Origin: Anaeramoeba ignava BMAN
Lineage: Eukaryota > Protista > Anaeramoebae
Length of the DNA: 64,000 bases
Direction: 5' to 3'
Assembly: GCA_028826165.1 (NCBI GenBank)
Contig: JAPDFW010000063.1
Span: 1,240,001-1,304,000, forward strand
Part shown: in pieces, positions 11,201 to 28,865 of the stretch
Numbering within the stretch: the first letter of the stretch is position 1
How the letters are laid out: each line of letters starts with the position of its first letter
Made by a program: the position numbers and the translations under genes
The notes under the pieces: generated by a model
Told to the model about the DNA's origin: nothing
Databases searched by the model: none
The model's input: the letters and a program-made list of their open reading frames with translations, nothing else

Positions 11201-11771
11201 TTCGTAATTAATTTAAAAAAAAAATCTTTTTATTTTAATTTTGATTTTCATTTCAATAAATAAATAAAAATTTCAAACATTATTCTGATGATTTATATCA
11301 GCATTTTTAGAAAGAAGAAATTTGACAATTTCTAAATTTCCTTTTTGTGAAGCAACAAGTAAAGGAGACCAATTCTTTTTTAAATAAATAAATAAATTAA
11401 TAAGATAAATAAATTCTTAATAGGAATAAATTCTTATTAATTTTAATCTTACATCCTTTTTTTTATTTTTTAAATTTTTTTTTTTATATTTTTTATTTTT
11501 AATTTTTTTTTTAATAAAAAAAAAAATCATTTACTTTGTTTGTAAAATTTGGATCAGCTCCATTTTCAATTTCAAGTTTAACAGATTTTAAATCCCCATC
11601 AATTATTAATTCAAGTAAGTTTTTTTTCTTTTAAAATGATTGAGAAAAAAAAAATGTGTTTTCGTTTATTTTTTTGTGTGTGTTTTTTTTTTTTAAATTG
11701 TTTTGATTCATTTTAGAAAAGGGATAAAAAATTAAAAAGAAATTTATTAAGAAAATTATTACTTGATTCAT
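8265..11771 (-). CDS. Ankyrin-repeat protein (about 257 aa, 14 exons including six 3-nt microexons)
   Basis: Exons 11771-11763, 11627-11535, 11455-11453, 11374-11279, 11190-11188, 11119-11027, 10305-10210, 10123-10121, 10042-10040, 9972-9877, 9801-9799, 8729-8634, 8557-8555, 8441-8265. All introns are phase-0 GT-AG. Product contains NWSPLLVASQKGNLEIVKFLL, GVTALYIACQEGHTDIVRELI, GVSPLLIASQEGHLEIVRLLL, GASALHFA and GDTPLILA. Confidence 0.9.
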
Positions 11772-12004
11772 TAAAAAATTTTTTTTATTCAAAACAAAGA
11801 AAGATAACAATAAAAAAAAACCAAAAGGAAAGTAAGTAAATAATTTCAATAAAATTAAAAAAAAGGAAAATAAAAGCAATTCAAAAAAAAAGAAAAGGAA
11901 AAAAATGAAAAAAAAAAATTAAAAAATTTGTTTTTTAATAAAAAGATCAAAAACAAAAAAAAAAACAAAAAAACGGAAAAAAAAAAATAATAAATGAAAC
12001 AAAA

Positions 12005-14464
12005 TTAATTGAGATCTTTCAATGAATTTGTAAAACGAAATCCAAAAACATCTTCTATTTGTTCATTTTGGTTTTGATTTTGATTTTGATTTTGATTTTG
12101 ATTTTGATTTTGATTTTGATTTTGATTTTCATTTTGATTTTGATTTTGATTTTCATTTTCATTTTGATTTTGATTTAGATTTCGATTTTGATTTTCATTT
12201 TCATTTTCATTTTCATTTTCATTTTGATTTTGATTTTGATTTTTATTTTCATTTTTATTTTGATTTTTTTCATTGATTTTTTGATTATTTTTATTTAATT
12301 CATTTTTAACTTGATTATTTTGTGAATTTTTTGGAAATTGATCTATTCTATTTTTTGGTAATGGTTTTCTTCTTGAAGAAGATTTAAGAGGACTATTAGA
12401 TTGTTTATTTCTTTTTTTTTGATTAAATTTAACAGGTAATGATTTAGAAAGATTTTGTTGATTAGGGAAATTATGTGATTGTAATAAAAGATATAAAGGA
12501 GCAGAAGTAGATCCTTCATTAATTGGACTACCAAATTCTCCATAAAAAGGATCAGCTAAAAAATTTGTTGAATTTTTCCAATTGTTTCCTGAACGAAGAA
12601 ATGATTCAATTTGAAGAGTTGCTAATTCCCTTTCAGCTTCTATTATTTTTCGTTCTAATTCTTCTATTTTCATGTTTTCATTACCTATTTCTGTTTCCGC
12701 ATTTAATGAAATGATCCAATCTTTTTTTTCTTTTTTTGATTCAATCATAAACCAGTAATTGTTTTGTTGTGTTATAAGTTGAAATTCTGTACTTTCATTA
12801 TCTTCAGGAACCTGATTTAATTTTATATTTAATTTTATATTTAATTTTATAAATAATTTTATAAATAATTTTATAAATAATTTTATAAATAATTTTATAA
12901 ATAATTTTATAAATAATTTTATAAATAATTTTATAAATAATTTTATAAATAATTTTATAAATAATTTTATAAATAATTTTATATTTAATTTTATAAATAA
13001 TTTTATATTTAATTTTATAAATAATTTTATAAATAATTTTATAAATAATTTTATAAATAATTTTATAAATAATTTTATATTTAATTTAATAAATAATTTT
13101 TTAATTTAAATAAATAATTTTTATAAAATAATTTTATAAATAATTTAATAATTAATTTTATAAATAATTTTATATTTAATTTTATAAATAATTTTATAAA
13201 TAATTTTATAAATAATTTTATAAATAATTTTATTAATAATTTTATAATTAATTTTAATAAATAATTTTATAAATAATTTTATAATTAATTTTATAATTAA
13301 TTTTATAATTTTTATATAATTTTAATTTAATTTTATATTTAATTTTATAAACAATTTTATAAATAATTTTATTAATAATTTTTATTTAAATTTTATAAAT
13401 AATTTTATAAATAATTTTATATTTAATTTTATAAACAATTTTATAAAATAATTTTATTAATAATTTTATATTTAATTTTATTAATAATTTTATAAATAAT
13501 TTTATAAATAATTTTATAAATAATTTTATAAATAATTTTATAAATAATTTTATATTTAATTTTAATAAATAATCTAATTTTATAAATAATTTTATAAATA
13601 ATTTTAATAAATTAATTTTATATTTAATTTTATAAATAATTTTATAAATAATTTTATAAATAATTTTATAAATAATTTAATAATTAATTTTTATAAATAA
13701 TTTTATATTTAATTTTATAAATAATTTTATAAATAATTTTATAAATAATTTTATAAATAATTTTATTAATAATTTTATAATTAATTTAATAAATAATTTT
13801 ATAAATAATTTTATAAATAATTTTTTATAAATAATTTTATAAATAATTTTATATTTAATTTTATAAATAATTTTATAAATAATTTTATAAGTAATTTTAT
13901 ATTTAATTTAATATTTAATTTAATAAATAATTTAATAAATAATTTTTATATTTAATTTTATAAATAATTTTATAAATAATTTTATATTTAATTTTATATT
14001 TAATTTTATAAATAATTTTATAAATAATTTTATAAATAACTTTATAATTAATTTTATAATTAATTTTATAAATAATTTTATTAATAATTTTATAATTAAT
14101 TTTATATTTGATTTTTATAATGAATTTTATATTTAATTTTATATTTAATTTTATAAATAATTTTATTAATAATTTTATATTTAATTTTATAAACAATTTT
14201 ATAAATAATTTTATATTTGATTTTATAATGAATTTTATAATTAATTTTATTAATAATTTTATAAATAATTTTATAAATAATTTAATAGAATTTGTATACT
14301 TTAATAATTGTAGATTTTAAAGGAATAATTCCTTGAGGTTTTTTTGATTTATCTGATTTATAAAAAGTAAGAGTTGAATGTTCTAAAATAAAAAATTTGC
14401 GTTTATAAGATTGTTTTTCTTTTTGTTTCATTGACATCCATCCTTTTCGAATAAAAACATTCAT
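12005..14464 (-). CDS. PH-domain protein with coiled coil and N/Q tract (exons 14464-14300, 12811-12005)
   Basis: IRKGWMSMK..YKRKFFILEHSTLTFYKS..KPQGIIPL..FQLIT..YWF..EKKDWIISL matches the PH consensus across a phase-0 GT-AG intron. Confidence 0.85.
12812..14299. repeat. Intronic 12-mer minisatellite (AAATAATTTTAT)n
   Basis: Fills the 1.49-kb intron of the PH gene. Confidence 0.9.
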
Positions 14465-14619
14465 TTTTATTTTTATTTTTAAATTTACAAAAAGAAACAA
14501 AAGAAAAAAATGAAATTGACTAAGTTTTGTTTTAAGATGATTAAGAATTAAAAAAAATTAAATTTATTTTTTTTTTTTTTTTCATTTTTTTTCCTTTTTT
14601 TCCTTTTTTTGTTTAAAAA

Positions 14620-18439
<3,820 letters not shown>

Positions 18440-18769
18440 TTCCTAATTTTTCACCTTTTTTTTTTTCTTTCAATTTCTTTTCATAGATTTTTTTTATGGA
18501 TTTTATTTTTTTCTATTCTATTTTTGATTCGATTTGTTTCTTTAAAAGTGATCAATCCTTTTTTTTTTTCTTCCACTTTTTAAAACAATTCAAATTAATA
18601 TTAAAATTAAAAAACAAATTAAATTGTTTTTTGTTTTTTGTTTTTTGTTTTTTGTTTTTTTGTTTGATCAAATACAAAAAAAAAATTAAAAAAAAAAAAA
18701 TAAAAATTAAATTTTCAGTTTTTTATTTTTTTCTTAATTTAAAAGTAGAAAGTAAATTAATTGAAGAAA

Positions 18770-20856
18770 ATGCGTTTTTTATGGTGGAAAAAACTTGATA
18801 AATATAGCAAAATTTTTTTGGTTTGTTCTTTAATTGAAGCAATTTTATTAATTGTGAACCAAATTATTCGAATTCTTGAATTTCGAAACAATAAAAGCAG
18901 ATTAATTGAAGAACACATTGATTTATATGCAATTTTATTTTTTCTTGGAGTTGTTTATGCAGGAATTTATGTTTTTATTATCATCAAATTTAAAAATATT
19001 TTTCAATTAGTTTCTTTTGCTATTGTTAATGTTATGTTGACAATTTATGCTATTTATGAACTTGTTTTGAACAGAAGTTCTTTGGCTACTCTTGTTTTCC
19101 TTTTAGTTGTCGTTTTGATTTATGATGCTTTTTATACTTTTATGTTGATTAGGCTTTATAAAGAGTTTACTTGGGATTTTTGGAATAGAGTTGGTTCTCA
19201 ACCTTTAATCCAAAGTATTCCAAAAATTCTTGTTTTAAATTCAATTTCAAAATAAAATTAAAATTAAAATTAAAATTAAAATTAAAATTCAATTCAAAAT
19301 TAAAATTAAAATTAAAATTCAATTTAAAATTAAAATTAAAATTAAAATTAAAATTCAATTCAGAATTATTTAAAGTTTGGTCTATTTTCTTAACTATTCT
19401 TGGACTTGATTTAATGTTTAGTTCAGCTTTTCTTATTGCGGATTGTTATTTTTTATGGAGTGATTATTCAAAAGAAAGTTATATTGATATTGCATTAATT
19501 ATTATCTTGATTTTTTGGGGAATTCTTGGTTATTATTGTGTATTTTAATTCAAATTTTAATAATCCAAAAATATAATAAATTTATTAATAAAAAATATAA
19601 TAAATTTAATAATAAAAATGGAATAAATTAATTAATAAAAAATATAATAAATTTATTAATAAAATATAATAAAATTATTAATAAATATAATAATAAATTT
19701 AATAATCCAAAAGTGGAATAAATTTAATAATAAAAATATAATAAAAATATAATAATAAAAATATAATAAATTTAATAATAAAAATTGGAATAAATTTAAT
19801 AATAAAAATAGAATAAAATTATTAATAAAAATGGAATAAATTTAATAATAAAAAAATATAATAAATTATTAATAAAAATATAATAAATTTTTAATAAAAA
19901 TATAAAAATATAATAAGTGGAATAAATTTAAAAGTAAAATAAAATTAATAATAAAAATAAAATTAATAATAAAAGTGGAATAAAATTAATAATAATAAAA
20001 ATGGAATAAATTTATTAATAAAAATAAAATAAATTTAATAATAAAAATATAATAAATTTACTAATAAAAATGGAATAAATTTATTAATAAAAAAATTGGA
20101 ATAAAATTATTAATAAAAATGGAATAAATTTAATAATAAAAATGGTCAAATTTATTAATAAAAAATAAAATAAATTTATTAATAAAAATATAATAAATTT
20201 AATAATAAAAAATAAAATAAATATAATAATAAAAATATAATAAAATTAATAATAAAAAATGGAATAAATTTAATAATAAAAAATATAATAAATTTATTAA
20301 TAAAAATATAATAAAATTATTAATAAAAAAGTGGAATAAATTTAATAATAAAAAATATAATAAATTTAATAATAAAAAATGGAATAAAATTATTAATAAA
20401 AAAGTGGAATAAAATTATTAATAAAAAATAATAATAAATTTAATAATAAAAAATAAAATAAAATTATTAATAAAAATATAATAAATTTATTAATAAAATA
20501 ACTTTATTTTTTTGTAGTTTCGAGACGAAAATACAAAATTAATGGGATTATTCCTATTCTCATCACTTTTTGAAATAGCATATCTTATTGCAAAGATAGC
20601 TTTATTTACACATCGAAAAAAATTAAAAAACCAACTTACACCAATTTCAGTTCTTATTATATTAACAGCAGTAATTTTATTATTAAGAATATTTTTATGG
20701 ATCATTTGTATTATTGGATATAGAAATTTTGGATTGGGTTTAAAAGCTCGTTTGACTAGAGATTATATACCTATTTCTCCAGAATCAAATTCGAATAAAA
20801 ATCGATTAGAAATTATGATGGATGGAAGTGGTGAAGATTCTGATGATTTCAATTGA
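18770..20856 (+). CDS. Multi-pass membrane protein, UPF0658-like (exons 18770-19214, 19364-19539, 20518-20856)
   Basis: About 8 hydrophobic helices. LYKEFTWDFWNRVGS, IFLTILGLD, FRDEN..LM and NFGLGLK resemble the fungal UPF0658 Golgi membrane family (recalled, not searched). Confidence 0.7.
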
Positions 20857-21362
20857 ATTTAAATTATCTAATTTCTTTTTTTTTTATTTTCTTTTTCAAA
20901 TAAAAAGAAGAAGAAGAATATTTTTTTATTCCATTTTTTTATTAATTTTTGATTAATCCAAATTTTTTTATTCCATTTTTTTAATCCATTTTTTTTTATT
21001 CCATTTTTTTATTCCATTTTTTTTATTAATTTTTGATTGAAAAAAAAAAAAACATTTACAAAACCAAATCAATTTTTTTTTCATTATTATTATTTAATAA
21101 AAAAAACACAATCAATAAAAAAAAAAGTGAAAAAAAAATATTTTTAATTTATCAATTATTTTTAAAAATAAATTCCTTTTTTCTTCTTTCTTTTTTTTGT
21201 TTGTTTCTTCATCAAAAATTTTTAAATGAAAATGGAAAAAAAAAAAGAAAAGAAATTTCAATAAAATAAACAATAAATGAATTTTTGAATTGCAACAAAT
21301 TTGAAAAAATAAAATTTAAAAAATAAAATTGAAAACTTAATTTTGTTTGATTCTTTTTTTTT

Positions 21363-24300
21363 TCATCGATCTTGATAATCGAAATTATCAGGACTTGAAG
21401 GAAATTTAAGAGCTTGAGGTTGAACAAGAAAATTTTGAATAGGATTTGGAGTTGATTCTCTATTAAATATATTATTATCTAGATTTAAGTCTAAATCTAG
21501 ATTTTGGTCTTGATTTTGATTTAAATTTGAATTTGGATTTTGATTTAAATTTTGATTTAAATTTTGATTTTGATTTTGATTTTGATTTCGATTTCGATTA
21601 TAATTTTGATTTTGATTTTGATTTTGATTTTGATTATAATTTTGATTATAATTTTGATTTTGATTTTGATTATTATAATTTTTATTGAAATTTAAATTTA
21701 GATTTCTATTTGAACTTGAGCTTCGATTAATATTTAGATTTTGATTAATATTTAGATTTTGATTATAATTTTGATTTTGATTTTGATTTTGATTTTGATT
21801 TTGATTTTGATTTCGATTTTGATAATCTTGAAAATCATTAAAATTAAAATGGAAATTTTGATTTTGATTTTGATTTTGATTTTGATTTTGATTTTGATTT
21901 TGATTTTGATTTTGATTTTGATTTTGATTTTGATTTCGATTTTGATTATAATTTTGATTTTGAGAAGGAGTTGGAATATGACCTTCATTTCTAGATTGAG
22001 AAGGAGAAAATAAAAAAGGAAAAGGTTGATTATCATTAACACCATATCCATATAGAAGTGGGGAAGGAGAAGGGGAAGGAAGATTTGGAGGTTCCAAGAA
22101 GGAAGGTGACATAGGATGAAAAGGGGGATGAAAATAGTTTGGAGAAACAGAATTAGGAGGTGGATTATAAAAGGGATCGTTTCTAAAAATAACAAGCGGA
22201 GATTGTGATATAAATGAATCCGCAGGCGATTGTGTTCTGTGATAAAAGAACGGACTTGATGTCTTTAATTGCGGGTATGAATTGAAAAAACTTTGCGATT
22301 TAGAAGGCATTGTTGGATTTGTAAATTGTGAGAAGTTTTTCGGTTCTTCTTCAAAAGTTTGACTTTCTATTTTTTCTTCTTCGTTTTTTTCTTGTGGATT
22401 TTCGTTCTTGTTTTGCACAATTTGTGTCAGCATCATTGCTGCCTCTAAATTCCTTGTTTGTGATTGAAGAATTTCATCTTCGTAGATTGAGTATTTTTCG
22501 TGCGGATTCGGAACTTGTTGTGAATAAATTGGATATAAATGTTGTTGACTTGGTGGTCGAACAACTTGCGAATTTGGTTTTTTGATATTTTTTGGTTCTT
22601 GTTCTCGTGGTTTTTTAATATCGTTTGGTTCGTAAACGGATTCTTCGTTGATCGACTTTTTTCTTTTGATATTTGTAGTTTCTTGCGGTAAATGAGTTGG
22701 TTTCTTATGAATTTCTTCGCTTTTTTTTCTTTCCAAGTTATTTCCGTTATTTCCGTTATTTCCGTTATTTCCGTTATTTTTTGCTTTTTTTTCTTGCTTT
22801 TTTGTTTGCATTGTTTGAAAATTTGTTGTGAAATATTTGCTGAAATCATTTTTGTTCATATAAGTAACATAATTAATTTGATTTGGTGGCGAATTTGATT
22901 GTGAATTTTTATTGTTTTTTTGGATTTGTTGGATTTCTTTATCGAATCCAATAATCAAAGAGAAAACGGAAACATTTGAATCTGTGAAATTTTTATAATA
23001 AATATTTTTTTGAATTTCTTCATCAACATAAATATAAGGATCAAGAGTCTGGAATGATCTTTCCCAGTTGAGAAATATTTTGTACATAATTTGAGAAAGA
23101 AGATCTTGGTTTTGATCGTTATTGTTTTTATTTATTTCTTCATTTGTTTTTTTCAGTTTTAATTTTTGAATATTTTCGATTAATTTTAAACAAATTCCTC
23201 TTCGATAATTTCTTATTTCCGTTAAGTATTTTGTGTATCTTGGTGTTAATGGCAATATTATTGCTTGGAGATTGTTCCAATCAACTGCTCCCTTTTCATT
23301 CATCGATTCTGATACTAACCCAATACTTTTGTAAATAGAAACTACTGTGCAGATTCTTTGACGTGAAAATTTAGTTCTTTTTGCAAGTCTTTCTCTTGTT
23401 TGGTGACCTTTTTTTAATTTTAATTTTTAAAAGAATTATAATTTTAATTTTAATTTTAATTATAATTTTAATTTTAATATTAATTATAATTTTAATTTTA
23501 ATTTTAATATAATTATAATATTAATTATAATATTAATTTAAATAAATTATAATTATAATATTAATTATAATTTTAATTATAATATTAATTTTAATTTTAA
23601 TTTTAATATTAATTTTAATATTAATTATAATTTTAATTTAAATGGATTATAATTTTAATTATATTTTTAATTTTAATTTTAATTATAATATTAATTTTAA
23701 TTATAATATTAATTATAATTTTAATTTTAATTTTAATTTTAATTATAATTTTAATTTTAATATTAATTATAATATTAATTTTAATTTTAATATTAATTTT
23801 AATTTTAATTTTAAATATAAATATAATATTAATTTTAATATTAATTATAATATTAAATTTAAATATTAATTATAATATTAATTATAATATTAATTATAAT
23901 ATCAATTATAATATTAATTATAATATTAATTTTAATTATAATATTAATTATAATATTAATTTTAATATTAATTTTAATATTAATTATAATATTAATTATA
24001 ATATTAATTATAATATTAATTATAATATTAATTAATTATAATATTAATTATAATATTAATTTATAAAAAGAATTTTAATATTAATATTAATTATAATATT
24101 AATTTTAATTATAATATTAATTATAATATTAATTTTAATATTAATTATAATATTAATTATAATTTTAATTATAATATTAATATTAATTTTAATATTAATT
24201 ATAATATTAATTATAATATTAATTATAATATTAATTATAATATTAATTTTAATTATAATATTAATTATAATATTAATTATAATATTAATTATAATATTAA

Positions 24301-24874
24301 TTATAATATTAATTATAATATTAATTTTAATTTTAATTTTAATATTAATTATAATATTAATTTGAATTTTAATTTTAATTTTAAATATAATTTTAATTAT
24401 AATATTAATTTATAAAAGAATTTTAATTTTAATTTGATAAAAACCTTTTTTGGATAGCTGATTGACTAATAATAAACTAAGCATAGCAATAGTTCTATCG
24501 GAACGAGTTTTTTTTTCTCTTCCATCTTTTTCATCGATTCTAGTTTCAATTTCAAACTTATGTTTTTTCTTTTTTGATTCAAGAATCGGTTTCCAAAAAG
24601 GATTTAAACGAAAAGTTTCTTTATTTTTTCTAGAAGTGTGAATAAAAATTCCAATTTGGCGAAAAATTATTGAAATAACTTCAACTTGCAACGCAATATC
24701 ATGTTTATTTGGTTTAAATTTCTGTTTGAAATCATGTAATAATTCTGTAAGTGAAAATGTTTGTCTTTCCGTTTTTTGTTTTTTGTAAATAAATCTTCCA
24801 AAATCCCATAATAATGGATAGAAATGATATTTCGTTTTGTGTAGATTTATTCTCCAAATTTCTTCGTGTGACAT
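21363..24874 (-). CDS. Putative winged-helix transcription factor, divergent E2F/DP-like (exons 24874-24445, 23407-21363)
   Basis: Spliced product RSDRTIAMLSLLLVNQLSKKGHQTRERLAKRTKFSRQRICTVVSIYKSIGLV aligns by eye to the E2F RxEKSL...RRIYDIxNVLxxIGLI pattern. Pro/Ser- and N/Q-rich tail. Confidence 0.55.
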
Positions 24875-25475
24875 TTGAATAATTTCGTTAAAATAAAAAA
24901 AATTTTTTTATTGGATCAAATTTGAAAAAAAAAATGAAAAAAATTAAAAAAAAATAAAATTTTTCTTTGTTTTTTTTTTTGTTTTTTTTTTTGTTTTTTT
25001 TTTTTGTTTTTTTTTTTGATTTGGGGTTAAAATCTAGCAAAAAAAAAACTAATTAAAGCAAATTAAAACAAATTTTTTTTTTTCTTTTTTTAATTTTTGA
25101 AATTTTTTAATAATAAAGATTAGATAAAAAAATTTAAATCAAAAAAAGTAAAGTGATCAAAATAAATTTGAGAAAATAGAAAATAAATTCTTATTGAAAC
25201 AGTCAATCCATTTTTTATTTAATTTTTTATTTAAATTTTTATTTAATTTTTAATTTAATTTTAATTTTCTAATTGATCTACTTTAAAAAAAGAAAAAAAG
25301 AAAAAAAGAAAAAAAGAAAAAAAGAAAAAAAGAAAGTAAACAAAAGATGTCTTTTTAATTAAATTCTTTTTTTATTTATTTTTTCTCCTTTTTAATTTTT
25401 TTATTTTTTCCTTTTTTATTTTTTTTCCTTTTTTTCATTTTTCATTTTTTTCATTTTTTTCATTTTTAATAAGAA

Positions 25476-28400
25476 ATGGATCAAAAAAATTTAAAAAAAT
25501 CTTCAAAAAAACCTCAAAAATCTTCTTTTCTTCCAACAATTGTTGTTGAAAGTATTGAAAATATTTTTATAAAACTTCCAGAATCTTTTCAAAAAACAAT
25601 TTCAAAACCAAATGAAAATATAAGAATTTTATGGATTGATTTTCAAACTATTTATTTTGAACATTTACAATCTCAATTTACTTTTTTAATTTTAAGTTAT
25701 GAAGATGGTTTTCAAATTTGGGAAATAGTTTCAAATTCCCAAGAAATGAATTGTGTTTTTTCTTTTCGAACAGCTTTTCCTGTTCGATTTGTAAAAGTAT
25801 ATATTATAAATATAATTATAAATATAAATATAAATATAAATATAAGTATAAATATAAATATAAATATAAATATAAATATAAATATAAATATAAATATAAA
25901 TATAAATACAAATATAAATATAATTATAATTATAAATATAAATATAAATATAATTATAAATATAAATATATATCTAAATATAAATATAAATATAAATATA
26001 AATATATATCTAAATATAAATATAAATATAAATATAAATATAAATCTAAATATAAATCTAAATATAAATATAAATATAAATATAAATATAAATATAAATA
26101 TAAATATAAATATAAATATAAATATAAATATAAATATAAATATAAATATAAATATAAATATAAATATAAATATAAATATAAATCTAAAAAATATAAATAT
26201 AAATATAAAATAAAAATATAAATATAAATATAAATATAAAATATAAAAATATAAATATCAATATCAATATAAATATAAATATAAATATAAATATAAATAT
26301 AAATCTAAATATAAATATAAATATAAATATAAATATAAATATAAATATAAATATAAATATAAATATATATTAATAATTATAAATATAAATATTATTTAAT
26401 TTTAATTTTAATTTTAATTTTAATTTTAATTTTAATTTTAAATTCAATTTTAAATTCAATTTAAATTTTAATTTTAATTTTAATTTTAATTTTAATTTTA
26501 ATTTTAATTTCAATTTTAATTTTAAATTTAATTTTAATTTTAATTTTAATTTTAATTTTAAATTCAATTTTAAATTCAATTTTAAAAGTTTATTAGAAAT
26601 ACAGAAGATCAACCTTTATCAGAATCACGTTTTGCAATTGTGTATTTATTTTAATAAAATAAAATTAAATCAAATTAAAATAAAAATAAAATAAAATAAA
26701 TATAAAATTAAAATAAAATAGACCATTTCAAGATCAAAAGAATTTTACAAAAAATCATCTTTTAATTTATCCGATTCAAGAATCAAATATTTCAACAATA
26801 AAATTTGAGAATCCAATAGAACAATTACAAAGTGTAACAGGATTAATATTAATTGGAACAACAAAAAAGATAATTATTATAGATTCAAAAACATTGCAAA
26901 AAAAAAAAGAATTGGATTATTTTTTTCATTCAAATTGTTATTCTGGATTTGCAATTGGAACTCGAATTCTTGCAGTTGCTGATGTAAATATTGAAACTCA
27001 AGAAACAAAAAAGAAAGGTTTTATGAGCAGTTTTTTTTCTACTGTTTCAAATTATGTTAGTAAAGAAAAAGTTAGTCAAAAAGGTTATATTACTTTTTAT
27101 GATTTGAAGAATTTTTCAAAAATTGTTAGTTTTTGTGCTCATAACCATCATGTCGCTTATTTAGCTTTTAATCATTCTGGATCTTTAGTAAATCCAAAAT
27201 TCAATTCAAAATTCAATTCAAAATTCATTTCAAAATTTATTTAAAAATTCAATCCAAAATTCAATCCAAAATTTAATTTAAAATTTATTTAAAATTAAAT
27301 TCAAAATTCAATCCAAAATTTAATTCAAAATTTAATTCAAAATTAAATTTAAAATTAAATTCAAAATTCAATTCAAAATTCAATTCAAAATTTATTTCAA
27401 AATTTATTCAAAATTTATTTAAAAATTAAATTCAAAATTCAATTTAAAATTTATTCCAAAATTAAATTCAAAATTCAATTCAAAATTCATTTAAAAATTT
27501 ATTTAAAAATTAAATTCAAAATTTATTTAAAAATTAAATTCAAAATTCAATTTAAAAATTTATTCAAAATTTATTTCAAAATTAATTTAAAAATTTATTT
27601 CAAATTTATTCCAAAATTTATTTCAAAATTTATTCCAAAAATTAAATTTAAAAATTTATTTAAAAATTCAATTCAAAATTCAATTCAAAATTTATTTCAA
27701 AAATTTATTTAAAATTAAATTCAAAATTCATTTCAAAAATTAAATTCAAAATTAAATTCAAATTTATTTAAAAATTCAATTTAAAATTAAATTCAAAATT
27801 AAATAAAAATATTTCAAAAAATATAAAAGTTATGCAGTGCATCAACTGAAGGAAAAAAAATGAAAATATATCAAATTAAACCCGAAGGAAAAAATACAGA
27901 AAATTTTGCGGAATTAATATACATATTATCACGAGGAAAATCAAGAGCAATAATTGAGTCCATCTCATTCAGTCTAGATTCAAAATACATATCAGTATCA
28001 ACAAACAGACAAACATCACATATATTTGCAATAAATCAATTAGGAGAACAACCAAGTGCTTTTACACATACTCAAGAATCTCATGATCAAATTCAAACTA
28101 ATATCCCTAAAAAAATGGAACAAGAATCAATCCTTAAAATTCATAACAAAAAATTGAATATCAATTATAAAAGTAAAAATGAAAACGATGAAAATTCTCA
28201 GTTTCCAAAAGATGATTCTGATTTGGAAAATCCTTCTTTAAATCCAAGAATAATTGATACTTTATTTGGAAAAGAAGATAATTTTTTTGTTGTGACTTCT
28301 AATGGATCTTTTAATGAATATAAATTAATTTCTCAAGTAAAAAAACAAAATAAATATGAATCAATTTTGCAGTTATTAAAGAAAAATCAAAATTCGATTT

Positions 28401-28810
28401 ATCTTTCAAGAGAATATAAAGTGAATAAATTTGAAGATTTTGAAAAAAATCAAGAAAATCAAGAATTAAAAGAAAATCAAGAAAATCAAGAATTAAAAGA
28501 AAATCAAGAATTTCTTCAACAAAAAATTGCTTTTGAAAATATTGAAGATATTACAAATAATAAAAGTAATCAAAGACCATTATTTTTAGATCCACAATTC
28601 CATTTTTGTAGGTTTTCTGATGATCAAATTCAACAAAAATCAAATATTTTGGATTATTTATTTCCAAATAAAACTTATTATAAAAAAATTAAAATTGAAA
28701 CTACACAAAAATCACTTTTTTCTCAAAATGAAGTGTTTAATATCAATTCTGCAATTCAAACACCAATTAAATTTTCCGAAAGAAAAATAAATCAAAAGAA
28801 AAAAAAATAA
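25476..28810 (+). CDS. BCAS3/ATG18-like WD40 beta-propeller (exons 25476-25796, 26589-26641, 26722-27187, 27830-28810)
   Basis: [83 protein letters not shown] sits at the PROPPIN L/FRRG position. Confidence 0.85.
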
Positions 28811-28865
28811 ATTGATTCTGAAATTGAATTTTAAATCCATTTTAATTTTTAATCCATTTTAATTT

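Noticed and set aside
11628-11879. ORF 11631-11879 and a second ATGAATCAA at 11711-11703 as an alternative start of the ankyrin gene
   Set aside because: It has no donor and hits TAA just before the acceptor. ATG 11771 followed by GTAATA is the better model.
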